A stretch of 38,391 nucleotides of DNA from Betaproteobacteria bacterium (GCA_009693345.1 SHXL01000002.1:1-38391), one strand, 5' to 3'; shown: positions 11,949-21,031, counted from the stretch's first letter. Translations and numbers: made by a program. Notes: generated from the sequence alone by a model not told the origin.

Positions 11949-14091
11949 TTAGCACGCGAGCGGGTCCGGCCGCAACTGCAGCTTGATCGCCTTGGGGCGG
12001 TTTCCCTTGCCGCCTTCGAGGTGGTAGTTGCTGCGCGAGCCCGAGGTGGTCCAGATCGCGCGGCCTTTCCAGCCGGCGCCCTCGTCATCGATGCGCCCGT
12101 CCACGTTCTTCGGGAAGATCCCCCTGGATACGGCAGGCGCGGGGTCACGAACCTGCCCTCGACGAACGGCATGATCGAGTCGCTCAGGTTGCCCATCGCG
12201 ATCGGCACGTCCTTGCCGAGGCCGAGGATATTGGCGCGGTCCACCCACACGTAGTAGCTCGCCTCGGCGCTGCCCGGGGTCTTCACGTCGGGTATCTGCG
12301 GGCCGGGAAGAAGGTGCAGCGTCCAGCCCTCCGGACAGTGCGCGCCGGTGGCGGTGGGGCCGTTGGTGACCTTGCACTTGCGCCGGTCGAACTGGCCAAG
12401 GTGGCCGCTCGCCAGCGACACCCAGTAGACGCCGTTGGAATCCACGTCGCCGCCGCGCGGCCCGAACCCCGGCAGCGGCGGCTCGTAGACCTCCGTGATG
12501 GCGGTGTTCGCCGGGTCGGGCCCCGGCGCCACGCGCACCACCTGGCAGGGATAGCCGATCGCCGTGCCCCAGATCATCCCGTCCGACGGGCTCACCGCGA
12601 CCGCATACATGTTGAGCGCGATGCGCCGGTCCTTGGTTGCGTCGAACGGCTGGTCCGGATTGGTGTACTCGCCGCGCTTGCCGCCGCCGCTGGTGTCGAG
12701 AACGTGCGGCGACCAGCCCTGCGCGCGCGCCTCGTCGCCTGTCTCTTCATACAGCTTGCGGTTAAGCCAGCCGATCACCCCCGGCCCGACCACACCCGGG
12801 CTCGTCCATACCGTCTGGTTGGCGTCGGAGGCAAAGTTGAGATGGTGCGTCGGGAAACAGGTACGGATCAGTGTCCACTTCTGCGTCTTCGGGTCGTAGA
12901 ACGACAGGTGCCGGTTGGCGCCGCCGTTGAGCGGGAACGCCTTGGCCGACGGATGCTCCGATCCGCTCTTGCAGAAATCGGGGTTCGCGTCAGGGCTGAT
13001 GCGCGAGGTGAACCAGGTGCGTCCCAGCTCGTCCATCATCGGATTGTGGTTGAGCGTCTTGCCTTCCCAGTAGGGTTTGTCGCCCCAGTACGCCGAAGGC
13101 CCGTAGGGATTGCCCGCGACCGACGGCGTCTTCGGGTCGCGCACCGGGTGCGCGAGCTCGATCGCGGTATTCGTGCGCGGATCGACCGACGGCACGATGT
13201 CGGTGCTGTCCTCGGGCGAGCCGTACACCGGGCCGCCCGCGTTCACCTTCGGGTCGCGCCGGTCCGTGGACACGAGGTCGTGCAGGTAGAACTGCGGCCG
13301 CAGCCAGTCCCACATCGTGATCACGAGGTTGCGCTCGATGCCCTTGGGGCGCTCGGGCTTGTCGAACGGCAGTTCGCCCTTGGCGATGCGGTCGGTCCAA
13401 TTGGCGAAGTTCGCGATCGCGCGCTCGCCCTCCAGCGGGCCGATGTCGCGCGCCATCAGGTTCTGCGCGCTGCCCGCGCGCAGGCGCTGGCGCCAGGCTT
13501 CATGCGAGCTGCCTTTGCCCATCTGCATGAAGAAATCCGGTACCGTGCGCATGCCCGGCGTGCCGAGCGAATGGCACGACTGGCAGGCGCCGCTCTTGAT
13601 TGTATTCAGCCACTGGCCCTGGCTCGCCACCGGCCCGAGCGGGAATTCGTTCGCCGCCGGCACCTTGAGCATCGAGAACCAGTACATCGCCGGGTAAATC
13701 TGCGCCGCGTCCTTCACCGAAGGGACCGGCACTGCCTTGAGGTTCACCGCCTTCCCGGGCCTGGTTTGCGTCTTCGGAGAATCCACCAACCCGTAGCCAC
13801 GCACCCAGACGTTGTAGTTCGCCTTGGGCAGGTCCGGCACGAGAAACCGGCCCCTGTCGTCGGTGACCACGATCTTCGTGTAGCGTGTCGGCAGGTCGGT
13901 GGTTTCCGCGATCACCCAGACGCCCGCCTCCGGGCCCGATGCGCCCGACACCACGCCGCCGATGTCGTCGGGGTCCACGCGCAGCGCCATGCCGATCGTC
14001 TGCAATGCGTCCTTCAGCCTGCTGGCCGCCTTGTCCTGCGCCTGCGCCGCGCCAGCGCAGCCAGGGCCAGGCCGATGATGATGCTTTTCAT
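11949..14091 (-). pseudogene. Secreted carboxypeptidase-regulatory-like domain / CxxCH (cytochrome c-type) protein, disrupted by two frameshifts
   Basis: The ATG at 14091 follows GGAGG and opens MKSIIIGLALAALA. That frame stops after 25 codons, while the body (AAQAQDKAAS ... GACQSCHSLG ...) lies in the frame reached by a 1-nt slip at about 14050. A second frame change at the G5 run (C-run 12120..12124 on plus) joins ...RLPYPGG to IFPKNVDGRIDDEGAGWKG...LAC*. Confidence 0.75.
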
Positions 14092-14127
14092 GGATACCTC
14101 CGCTGATTTCTCGAATCCTAACCCAGC

Positions 14128-14151
14128 AGATCGGGCTCTGAGCCCGATTTT
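14128..14151. repeat. REP-A palindromic repeat, copy 3 (symmetrised variant)
   Basis: AGATCGGGCTCTGAGCCCGATTTT has a perfect 8-bp stem. It lies between the MFS stop (14155) and the upstream pseudogene start. Confidence 0.7.
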
Positions 14152-14154
14152 CAG

Positions 14155-15387
14155 TCAGGCTGCGCGCACGCGCAGCGTGCGCGCGCGCCAGACTGCGGCG
14201 CCGGCCGCGATGCCGCAGCCGGCGGCGATCACGAAGGCCGGCATGTAGCTGCCGGTGTGATCGAAGAGATAGCCGGCCATCCAGGGGCCGATCGCGCTGC
14301 CCGCAGCGGCGCCGAACAGGCCCACGCCGACGATGGTGCCGAAGTGCCGGCCGCTGAAGCGGTCGCTCACCATCGCCGGGGTTAGAGAGGCGGTGGCCGA
14401 GTAGCCCACACCGAGCAGCACCGCATAGCCGTAGATCGCCCAGTACGCGGGCGCGCCCGCCCGAGCGGCGAGCGGCCCGCCCAGCGCGGCGAGCGCCGCC
14501 ACCGCGCCCACCATGATGGCGATGCCCGCGACGTAAACGAACTCGCGCTGGATGCGGTCCGAGAGCCAGCCGCCGCCGATCTTGGCGACAATGCTGGCGG
14601 CGCCGACCGCGCCGACCACCGAGGCGGCGATGATCGCGCTCACGCCCTGGTCGACGAGGTAGGCCACCTGGTGCACGTGCAGGGTCTGCGAGCAGAAATT
14701 GCCGAAGAAGAAGGCGGCGAGCATCAGCCAGAAAGGCGCGGTGCGCGTCGCCTGCGCGAGCGTAACCGCGGCGGCGGCATTTTGCGCCGCGGCGGCGGAC
14801 GGCGGCGCGGGCCGGCGCGCAGGGGTCTGGCGCGCGAGCAACAGCGACGAGGGCACGATCCACAGCACGCAGATCGCGGCGAGCACACGGAACGCCGTGC
14901 GCCAGCCGTAGGCGTCGATGAGCAACTGCGTGAGCGGCACCACCAGCAGCATGCCCACGCCCACGCCCGAGCTGACGATGCCGAGCGCAAAGCCGAGCCG
15001 GTCCTGGAAGTCGCGCTGCACTTGGACCAGCGCCGGAACCCAGCCCGCGACCGCCACCGCGAGTGCGGTAAACACGCCAAAGCCGAGGTAGAGCTGCCAA
15101 GAGGTGGCGATGTAGCTGTCGGCCCAGAGCGCAAGCCCGAGCGCGACGCCGCCGCCCGCCATCAGGCGCAGCGGCCGCAGGCGGTCGCAAAGCATTCCCA
15201 CCAGCGGGTTGACCACGCCATGCACCAGCGTGAAGGTGGAGAACGCGCCGGCGAGCACCGAGCGGCTCCAGCCGTATTCGTGCAGCAGCGCGACGAGGAT
15301 CACGCTGTAGGCGTACCAGACGCCGTAGGCGAGCGCGAGGCTGAGCGCGATGATGCCGAGGCGCAGATAGCGGTAGGAATCGGACAC
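14155..15387 (-). CDS. MFS transporter
   Basis: 410 aa from GTG (VSDSYRYLRLGIIALS...) with about 12 predicted TM segments. The longer tracked ORF 14155..15882 would run antisense into gshA. Confidence 0.83.
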   Translation of the reverse strand: MSDSYRYLRLGIIALSLALAYGVWYAYSVILVALLHEYGWSRSVLAGAFSTFTLVHGVVNPLVGMLCDRLRPLRLMAGGGVALGLALWADSYIATSWQLYLGFGVFTALAVAVAGWVPALVQVQRDFQDRLGFALGIVSSGVGVGMLLVVPLTQLLIDAYGWRTAFRVLAAICVLWIVPSSLLLARQTPARRPAPPSAAAAQNAAAAVTLAQATRTAPFWLMLAAFFFGNFCSQTLHVHQVAYLVDQGVSAIIAASVVGAVGAASIVAKIGGGWLSDRIQREFVYVAGIAIMVGAVAALAALGGPLAARAGAPAYWAIYGYAVLLGVGYSATASLTPAMVSDRFSGRHFGTIVGVGLFGAAAGSAIGPWMAGYLFDHTGSYMPAFVIAAGCGIAAGAAVWRARTLRVRAA

Positions 15388-15464
15388 GGAGCGAAACTCG
15401 GGGCGAAAGCTTCTTTTTACACGCGCAATGCGGTTATAGTCGAAAAAAGTATCAGGAGGTTCGC

Positions 15465-15503
15465 ATGGTTTTCGCCGTGGGCTGCGCGGGCGTTGCCCCG
15501 TGA
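15465..15503 (+). CDS. Candidate 12-codon upstream ORF (MVFAVGCAGVAP) coupled to gshA
   Basis: AGGAGG (15454..15459) lies 5 nt before the ATG. The TGA overlaps the gshA GTG (GTGA at 15500..15503), and the gshA GTG has no Shine-Dalgarno of its own. Confidence 0.3.
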   Translation: MVFAVGCAGVAP

Positions 15504-16999
15504 GGCGCGCCCCCGCCCCCGAAGTGCTCAAAGCGATGCGCTGCGGCATCGAGAAGGAATCGCTGCGCGTGCGGCCCGACGGGCAGCTGTCCTCGTTGCC
15601 GCATCCGCCATCGCTCGGCTCGGCGCTCGCACACCCGCACATCACCACCGACTTCAGCGAATCGCAGCTCGAGCTGATCACCGGCCCGCAGGCCGGCGCG
15701 GGGGCCTGCCTCGCGGAACTCACGCAGATCCACCAGGTCGTCTGCCGCGCGATCGGCGAGGAGCTGCTGTGGGTCTCGAGCATGCCCTGCGGTCTGCCCG
15801 CCGATGACGCGATCCCGATCGGCCAGTACGGCCGCTCCAACATCGGCCGCGCCAAGACCGTGTACCGCACCGGCCTCGCCAACCGCTACGGGCGGCGCAT
15901 GCAGGCGATCAGCGGCATCCACTACAACTGGTCGCTGCCGAGCCTGGGCAATGCCGATTATCTCGCGTTGATCCGCAATTTCCGGCGCCACGGCTGGCTG
16001 CTGTTCTACCTCTTCGGCGCCTCACCCGCGGTGTGCCCAAGCTTCGTGAGAGGGCGCGCGCACGGCCTGCAGGAATTGCGCCCCGGCACGCTCTACCTGC
16101 CGCACGCCACCTCGCTGCGCATGGGGCGCCTCGGCTACCAGAGCGAGGCGCAGGACTCGATCGTCGCGAGCAGCAACGACCTGGAGTCCTACGGCGCGGC
16201 ACTGGAGGACGCGCTGACCCGCGTCTGGCCCCACTACGAAAAAATCGGCGTTCAGGACAAAGAGGGCAACTACCTGCAGCTCTCCACCACCCTGCTGCAG
16301 ATCGAGAACGAGTTCTACGGCAAGATCCGCCCGAAATGCATCATCCGCTCGGGCGAGCGGCCGCTGCACGCGCTGAGGGAGCGCGGCGTCGAGTACGTCG
16401 AGGTTCGCCTCATGGACCTCGACCCCTTCGCGCCCATCGGCATCAGCGCGCCGGTGTGCCGCTTCCTCGACGTGTTCCTGCTGCACTGCCTGCTCGCCAA
16501 TAGCCCGCGCGACACCCCGGAGGAGATCGCCGCCAACGGGCGCAACCAGGAAAAGGTCGCTTCGCGCGGCCGCGAGCCCGGATTGCGCCTGGAACGCGGC
16601 TCGCAGCAGGTGCCGCTGGAAGAATGGGCCGAGCAACTCATCGCCGAATGCGCGCCGCTCGCCGCCGAGCTCGACGCCGCGCTTGGCGGCAACGCCTGCC
16701 GCGAAGCGCAGGCCGCCGCCGCCGCCGCGCTCGCGGACCCCGCGCGCACCCCGTCGGCGCGCGTGCTCGCGGCGATGGCCGCGAATCACTCCAATTCCTA
16801 CACCGCCTTCGCCCTAGCGCAGTCGCGCGCGCACAGCGCCGCGCTTGCCGCGTTGCCCCTGTCGCCCGCGATCGCGGAACACTTCGCCGCCATGGCGCAG
16901 GAGTCCCTTGCCAAGCAACAGCGCATGGAAGCGGCCGACACCCTGCCCTTCGAAGACTGGCGCCGGCTCTACCTGTCGCTGGAGATGCTGCGGCCGTAA
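15500..16999 (+). CDS. gshA: Glutamate--cysteine ligase (E. coli type)
   Basis: 499 aa with the motifs GIEKESLRV, TTDFSESQLELIT, ISGIHYNWSLP, YLFGASPA and EYVEVR.MDL.PF. Confidence 0.93.
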   Translation: MRRAPAPEVLKAMRCGIEKESLRVRPDGQLSSLPHPPSLGSALAHPHITTDFSESQLELITGPQAGAGACLAELTQIHQVVCRAIGEELLWVSSMPCGLPADDAIPIGQYGRSNIGRAKTVYRTGLANRYGRRMQAISGIHYNWSLPSLGNADYLALIRNFRRHGWLLFYLFGASPAVCPSFVRGRAHGLQELRPGTLYLPHATSLRMGRLGYQSEAQDSIVASSNDLESYGAALEDALTRVWPHYEKIGVQDKEGNYLQLSTTLLQIENEFYGKIRPKCIIRSGERPLHALRERGVEYVEVRLMDLDPFAPIGISAPVCRFLDVFLLHCLLANSPRDTPEEIAANGRNQEKVASRGREPGLRLERGSQQVPLEEWAEQLIAECAPLAAELDAALGGNACREAQAAAAAALADPARTPSARVLAAMAANHSNSYTAFALAQSRAHSAALAALPLSPAIAEHFAAMAQESLAKQQRMEAADTLPFEDWRRLYLSLEMLRP

Positions 17000-17006
17000 G
17001 AATCTA

Positions 17007-17028
17007 GAATCGGGGTCAGAGCCCGATT
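17007..17028 (+). repeat. REP-A palindromic repeat, copy 4
   Basis: GAATCGGGGTCAGAGCCCGATT lies between the convergent gshA and DUF1330 stops. Its last bases overlap the DUF1330 TAA. Confidence 0.75.
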
Positions 17029-17323
17029 AGTCCACGCCCTCGACGATGCGCATGTCGCGCTCGACCGAGCCCTTGCCCAGGGCCTTGAGCGCTGCCTTGT
17101 AGGCCGGTCCCTCGTAGGCAGCGATCGCCTGCGCGACGCTCGGGAATACGGACACGATGGTGCGCTGGGCGATGCCCAGCTCGTAGGTCCTGACAGGCGT
17201 GCCGCGCACCAGGAGTTTGCCGCCTTCGGCCTCGATCGCCGGCCCGGCGAGCTTCGCGTAGGCCGCGAGAGCATCGGGGTTGCTGATCGATCGGTAGGTC
17301 ACAACCATGTATGCCTTGGCCAT
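17027..17323 (-). CDS. DUF1330 domain-containing protein
   Basis: 98 aa: MAKAYMVVTYRSISNPDALAAYAKLAGPAIEAEGGKLLVRG ... VFPSVAQAIAAYEGPAYKAAL. There is a strong RBS (GGAGGAGG). Confidence 0.87.
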   Translation of the reverse strand: MAKAYMVVTYRSISNPDALAAYAKLAGPAIEAEGGKLLVRGTPVRTYELGIAQRTIVSVFPSVAQAIAAYEGPAYKAALKALGKGSVERDMRIVEGVD

Positions 17324-17338
17324 CGCGGCCTCCTCCAG

Positions 17339-17360
17339 AAATGGGGTCAGGCCCTATTTT
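17339..17360 (+). repeat. Degenerate REP-A-like palindrome, copy 5
   Basis: AAATGGGGTCAGGCCCTATTT lies between the helicase stop and the DUF1330 start. Confidence 0.45.
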
Positions 17361-17367
17361 CACATGC

Positions 17368-19351
17368 CTAGGCCCACATGCCCCGCAGCCTCCCCGCCAC
17401 GTCGACCGGGCTGGTTCGTGTTCCGGTTGAATTTCCTGCCTGTTCATCCGACCAGCTGGTTTGTTCGAAGCACGCCAGCACCTTGCGCGTGAGGAAGCGG
17501 CTTTTCGCGCCGTAGACGTGCCGGTCCCCCACGCGCGATTGCTGCGTCACGTAGTACTTGAGCGGCGAGATCAGGTCGAGGCTCGTCTTCGCGCGCGTCA
17601 TCGCCACGTACAGCAGACGCCGCTCCTCCTCGATCTGCTCGGGCTTGCCGGCGGCGAACTCGTTCGGGAAGTTGCCGTCCGAGACGTTGATCACGTACAC
17701 CGCCTCCCACTCCTGGCCCTTGGCCGAATCCACCGTGGAGAGCACGAGGTAGTCCTCGTCGAGCAGCGGCGCGCCTGCGAGGTCGCTCGTGGCGCTGGGC
17801 GAATCGAGCGCCATCTCGGTGAGAAAGGTTTCCCTCTTGTCGAAGGTTGCCGCGATTCTTTCCAGCTGGACGAGGTCCCCTGCCCTCACTTCGGCGGTGT
17901 CGTATTTCCTCTCCAGCACCGGCGCGTACCACTCCCTCACGCGCTGCATCTGACCTGGCCAGGGAGAATTGGGGTTTCCCAGAATTTGCATTAATTCATC
18001 GAAGTCTTTTGAATTGCTTTTCAAGCCCACCCATGAAAAAGAACCACTTTCAAACCCCGTGAATATTCTCTCTGCCCCAATCGGCCCCACTCCCGGCAGG
18101 AGCTGCAGCGCGCGCCAGGCCGCGACGCGGTTCCTCGGGTTGTCCGCCCAGCGCAACAGGGCCAACGCGTCCTTCACGTGCGCCGCCTCGAGGAACTTGA
18201 GGCCGCCGTACTTCACGTAGGGAATGTTCCGCCGCACGAGTTCCAGCTCCAGCGCGTCCGAGTGGTGCGAGGAGCGGAACAGCACCGCCTGGCGCCGTAA
18301 ATCGGTGCCCTGCTCGCGCGCTTCCAGCACGCGCGTCACCACGTAGTGCGCCTGCGCCTTTGGATTTTCTTGAATACAGGTTCTTGCCCATCAGTGCATT
18401 CGCCGAATCCAGCACTTCCTGCGTCGAGCGGTAGTTCTCTTCCAGCAGGATTGTTGTCGTGTTTTCAAAGCTATTCTTGAAATTCAATATATTTTCCACG
18501 GCGGCAGCGCGGAACGAATAGATCGACTGCGCGTCGTCGCCCACCACCGTCAGCCCCTCGCCCGTCGGCCGCAGGCGCTGCAGGATCTCCGCCTGCAGCA
18601 CGTTGGTGTCCTGGTACTCATCCACCAGCACGTGGTCCCACGCCTTGCCGATCTCGCGCGCGAGCGCCGCGTCCGCCATCATCGCGTGCCAATAAAGCAG
18701 CAGGTCGTCGTAATCCAGGGACTGATTGGCGATTTTCTTGTTCGTGTACTCGAGAAAAAGGGCATTCAATTGCGAAACCCATTCCTCGCAGCAGGGGAAC
18801 GCGTGGCGCAGCGTCGCTTCCAGCGTGCCCTGGGTATTCACGCGGTGCGAGTAGATCGCGAGGCAGGTGTCCTTGCGCGGAAAGCGCCTCGCATTCTCGC
18901 CGTCCACTTTTGAATAGCCCAGCTCGTGCCGCACCACGTCCAGCAGGTCCGCCGCGTCGCCGCGGTCAAGCACGCTGAAGCGCTCGTCCAGCCCGACCCG
19001 GTGGCAGTTTCTCCTGATCAACCGGTTGGCAACCGAATGAAACGTGCCCGACCAGGGCAGCCGCACGTTCGTTTGCGTCGTGCCCGTTGCCCGCACCACG
19101 CGCTGCGCCCGGCGCGTCATCTCCAGCGCCGCGCGGCGCGTGAAGGTGAGCAGCAGGATTCGTTCAGCATCGATTCCCTGCAAGAGCAGATGGGCGACGC
19201 GATGCGCGAGCGTGTTGGTCTTGCCTGTCCCCGACCCGGCGAGGATCAACAGCGGCGGGGATTGGAACGCACCGCAAGCGGCGCGTTGGCCCGCCGTGGC
19301 CGCCTCGCGCTGCCGCTCGTTCAGCTTCTCGAATGCCTCGATCGCGCCCAT
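17368..19351 (-). pseudogene. UvrD/Rep-family ATP-dependent DNA helicase, split by an out-of-frame internal deletion
   Basis: The N-terminal part (ORF 18050..19351) has AGSGTGKTNTL, VDEYQDTN and EENYRST. After ...ALMGKNL (about 18377) homology continues only in another frame (ORF 17368..18342: AQAHYVVTRVLEARE... QAVLFRSSHHS ... YVAMTRAK). The roughly dozen residues normally linking the two parts are missing. Confidence 0.8.
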
Positions 19352-19371
19352 GGAGGGCGACTATAGGCGAA

Positions 19372-19391
19372 TACTGTGTGTATATCCAGTA
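19372..19391. promoter_or_regulatory. LexA (SOS) box upstream of the UvrD-like helicase
   Basis: TACTGTGTGTATATCCAGTA fits TACTG-N10-CAGTA. Against CTGT-N8-ACAG it has one mismatch. On the helicase strand it overlaps a TGGATA(-35)-17 nt-TATAGT(-10, 19360..19365) promoter-like arrangement. Confidence 0.6.
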
Positions 19392-19488
19392 TCGCCCCCG
19401 CCCCCCCTCAGCCCCCGCTGCCGACGTCTGCCCGCAACGAGAAATAGTGCCGCGCCCGCACGCCGCTTTTTCTTTATCCTGTTGTTCC

Positions 19489-20202
19489 ATGAGCCACCGC
19501 GTCGAAATCATCCCTGTAAACGGCAACCCGATGGAAGTGTTCCTCTTCACGCCCGCGGGCGAGGGGCAACGTGCTGACAGTCCCGGGCTCGTACTCTGCC
19601 AGCACATCCCCGTCGGTCACGCCGGCCTCGAAAACGACACCGTCACTCTGAAGCACGCCGAGCGCTACTGCGAGGCGGGCTACGCGGTCGCGGTGCCCTT
19701 CATCTTCCACTGGTGGCCGAAGAGCGCCCAGTTCCGCGACGACTGGACGCGCCAGGACCTCGACGCCGCATTCGCGCTGCTCGCCGCGCAGCCGGGCGTG
19801 AACGCGAGGCGCATCGGCATCGTCGGCCACTGCTGGGGCGGGCGCACCGCCTGGCTCGGCGCCTGCACCAACAAGCGCTACAAGGCCTGCGCCATCTTCT
19901 ATGGCGGCCGCGTCAACCTGCCCATGGGCAAGAACTCCCCGCCCGCGATCGAGCGCGCCGCCGACATCCGCTGCCCGGTGATGGGATTCTTCGGCAACGA
20001 AGACACCAACCCCTCGCCCGCGGACGTCCACGTCTACGACGCCGCACTCACCAAGGCCGGCGTCGCGCACGTCTTCCACCGCTACGACGGCGCGGGCCAC
20101 GGCTTCCAGACCTTCACCATGCCCGAGCGCTACCGGCACGAGGTGAGCGAAGATGCGTGGGCGAAGGCACTGGCGTTCCTCGCCGAAAAGCTGAAAAATT
20201 AA
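19489..20202 (+). CDS. Dienelactone hydrolase family protein
   Basis: 237 aa from MSHRVEIIPVNG, with the GHCWGG nucleophile-cysteine elbow and a C-terminal GAGHGF histidine motif. Confidence 0.88.
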   Translation: MSHRVEIIPVNGNPMEVFLFTPAGEGQRADSPGLVLCQHIPVGHAGLENDTVTLKHAERYCEAGYAVAVPFIFHWWPKSAQFRDDWTRQDLDAAFALLAAQPGVNARRIGIVGHCWGGRTAWLGACTNKRYKACAIFYGGRVNLPMGKNSPPAIERAADIRCPVMGFFGNEDTNPSPADVHVYDAALTKAGVAHVFHRYDGAGHGFQTFTMPERYRHEVSEDAWAKALAFLAEKLKN

Positions 20203-20211
20203 GACCGCAGA

Positions 20212-20253
20212 GGACAGACCACTAATTCCAAATGCGGAATTAGTGGTCTGTCC
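20212..20253. terminator. Perfect 18-bp stem hairpin between convergent genes (bidirectional terminator candidate)
   Basis: GGACAGACCACTAATTCC-aaatgc-GGAATTAGTGGTCTGTCC is followed by CCGTTTT. It overlaps the last 14 nt of yaiI. Confidence 0.6.
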
Positions 20254-20698
20254 CCGTTTTCCTCGCCAGAAACCGGTCAAGCTGGTCGGCGAAGCGCTTG
20301 CGATCCGTGTTGTCGAACGGCGCCGGGCCGCCGGTCTGCACGCCTGTCTCGCGCAGCTTCTCCATGAAATCGCGCGTCTGCAGGCGCTCGCAGATGTTGT
20401 CCGGCGTGTAGAGTTCGCCGCGCGGATTGAGTGCGTGGCCGCCGCGCGCGATTACGTCCGCGGCAAGCGGCACGTCGGCGGTGATCACCAGGTCGCCGGG
20501 CGCGACGCGCCTGGCAATCTCCTTGTCCGCCACGTCGAAGCCGCGCGCCACCTGCAGCGAGCGGATCCAGGGCGAGCGCGGCGCACCGAGCGGCTTGTTC
20601 GCCACCAGCGTCATCGAAATCTCCGCGCGCTCGGCGGCGCGATAGAGGATCTCCTTGACCGCCAGCGGGCAGGCGTCGGCATCGACCCAGATGTGCAT
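20240..20698 (-). CDS. yaiI: YaiI/YqxD family protein (UPF0178)
   Basis: 152 aa: [11 protein letters not shown] ... [12 protein letters not shown] ... [10 protein letters not shown]. Confidence 0.9.
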   Translation of the reverse strand: MHIWVDADACPLAVKEILYRAAERAEISMTLVANKPLGAPRSPWIRSLQVARGFDVADKEIARRVAPGDLVITADVPLAADVIARGGHALNPRGELYTPDNICERLQTRDFMEKLRETGVQTGGPAPFDNTDRKRFADQLDRFLARKTGTDH

Positions 20699-20723
20699 CG
20701 GCCCATTGTAGGATGCACGGTCA

Positions 20724-21031
20724 GTGATCCATCAGACGACTCTCGATTTCCGCGGCCGCGGCAGCACCGACATCACAGCCGACGTCGCGCGCGCCGTCGC
20801 CGCGAGCGGCATCGCAAAGGGCCTGTGCACCGTGTTCCTGCAGCACACCAGCGCCTCGCCCCCGACGACATGGCCGCCCACGCGCGCTCGATCCTCACCT
20901 CGAACAGCCTCACCATCCCCGTCGCCGACGCAAAGCTGATGCTAGGGACTTGGCAGGGGCTGTATCTCTACGAGCATCGGCATGCGGGGCACGCGCGGAG
21001 TGTTGTCATCACGGTAATTGGAGACCGCTAA
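20724..21031 (+). pseudogene. yjbQ: YjbQ/UPF0047 family protein with an internal out-of-frame deletion
   Basis: Frame 1 reads [21 protein letters not shown]...GLCTVFLQHTSAS up to about 20858. Frame 2 resumes at 20861 with PDDMAAHARSILTSNSLTIPV...LGTWQGLYLYEHR...VIGDR*. The roughly 35 residues that normally separate HTSAS from DDM.AH are absent. Confidence 0.75.

Noticed and set aside
12120-12124. Phase variation or programmed frameshifting at the G5/C5 run, and at the 14050 slip site
   Set aside because: A 5-nt homopolymer is shorter than typical contingency-locus tracts. No slippery heptamer or downstream stimulatory structure is evident, and the gene carries two independent lesions. Decay or sequencing error is more parsimonious.
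12314-14248. 644-aa plus-strand ORF
   Set aside because: It is antisense to the CxxCH protein gene. The composition is Arg/Ala/His-rich and low-complexity with no motifs. This is the usual shadow ORF of high-GC DNA.
11876-15190. 1104-aa ORF, the longest in the track
   Set aside because: It is a composite artefact. The stretch 11949..14050 is the body frame of the frameshifted secreted protein. Beyond 14092 the frame simply stays open, out of frame, across the REP spacer and the 3' part of the MFS gene, giving Arg/Ala/Gly-rich nonsense typical of off-frame GC-rich DNA. The tail 11876..12120 is likewise off-frame.
15465-15503. Treating ATG 15465 as the true gshA start
   Set aside because: It is in a different frame from gshA and stops after 12 codons. 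The gshA frame itself is closed by a TAG at 15437..15439, and GTG 15500 is its first canonical start. The frameshift alternative is kept only as a caveat in the uORF finding.
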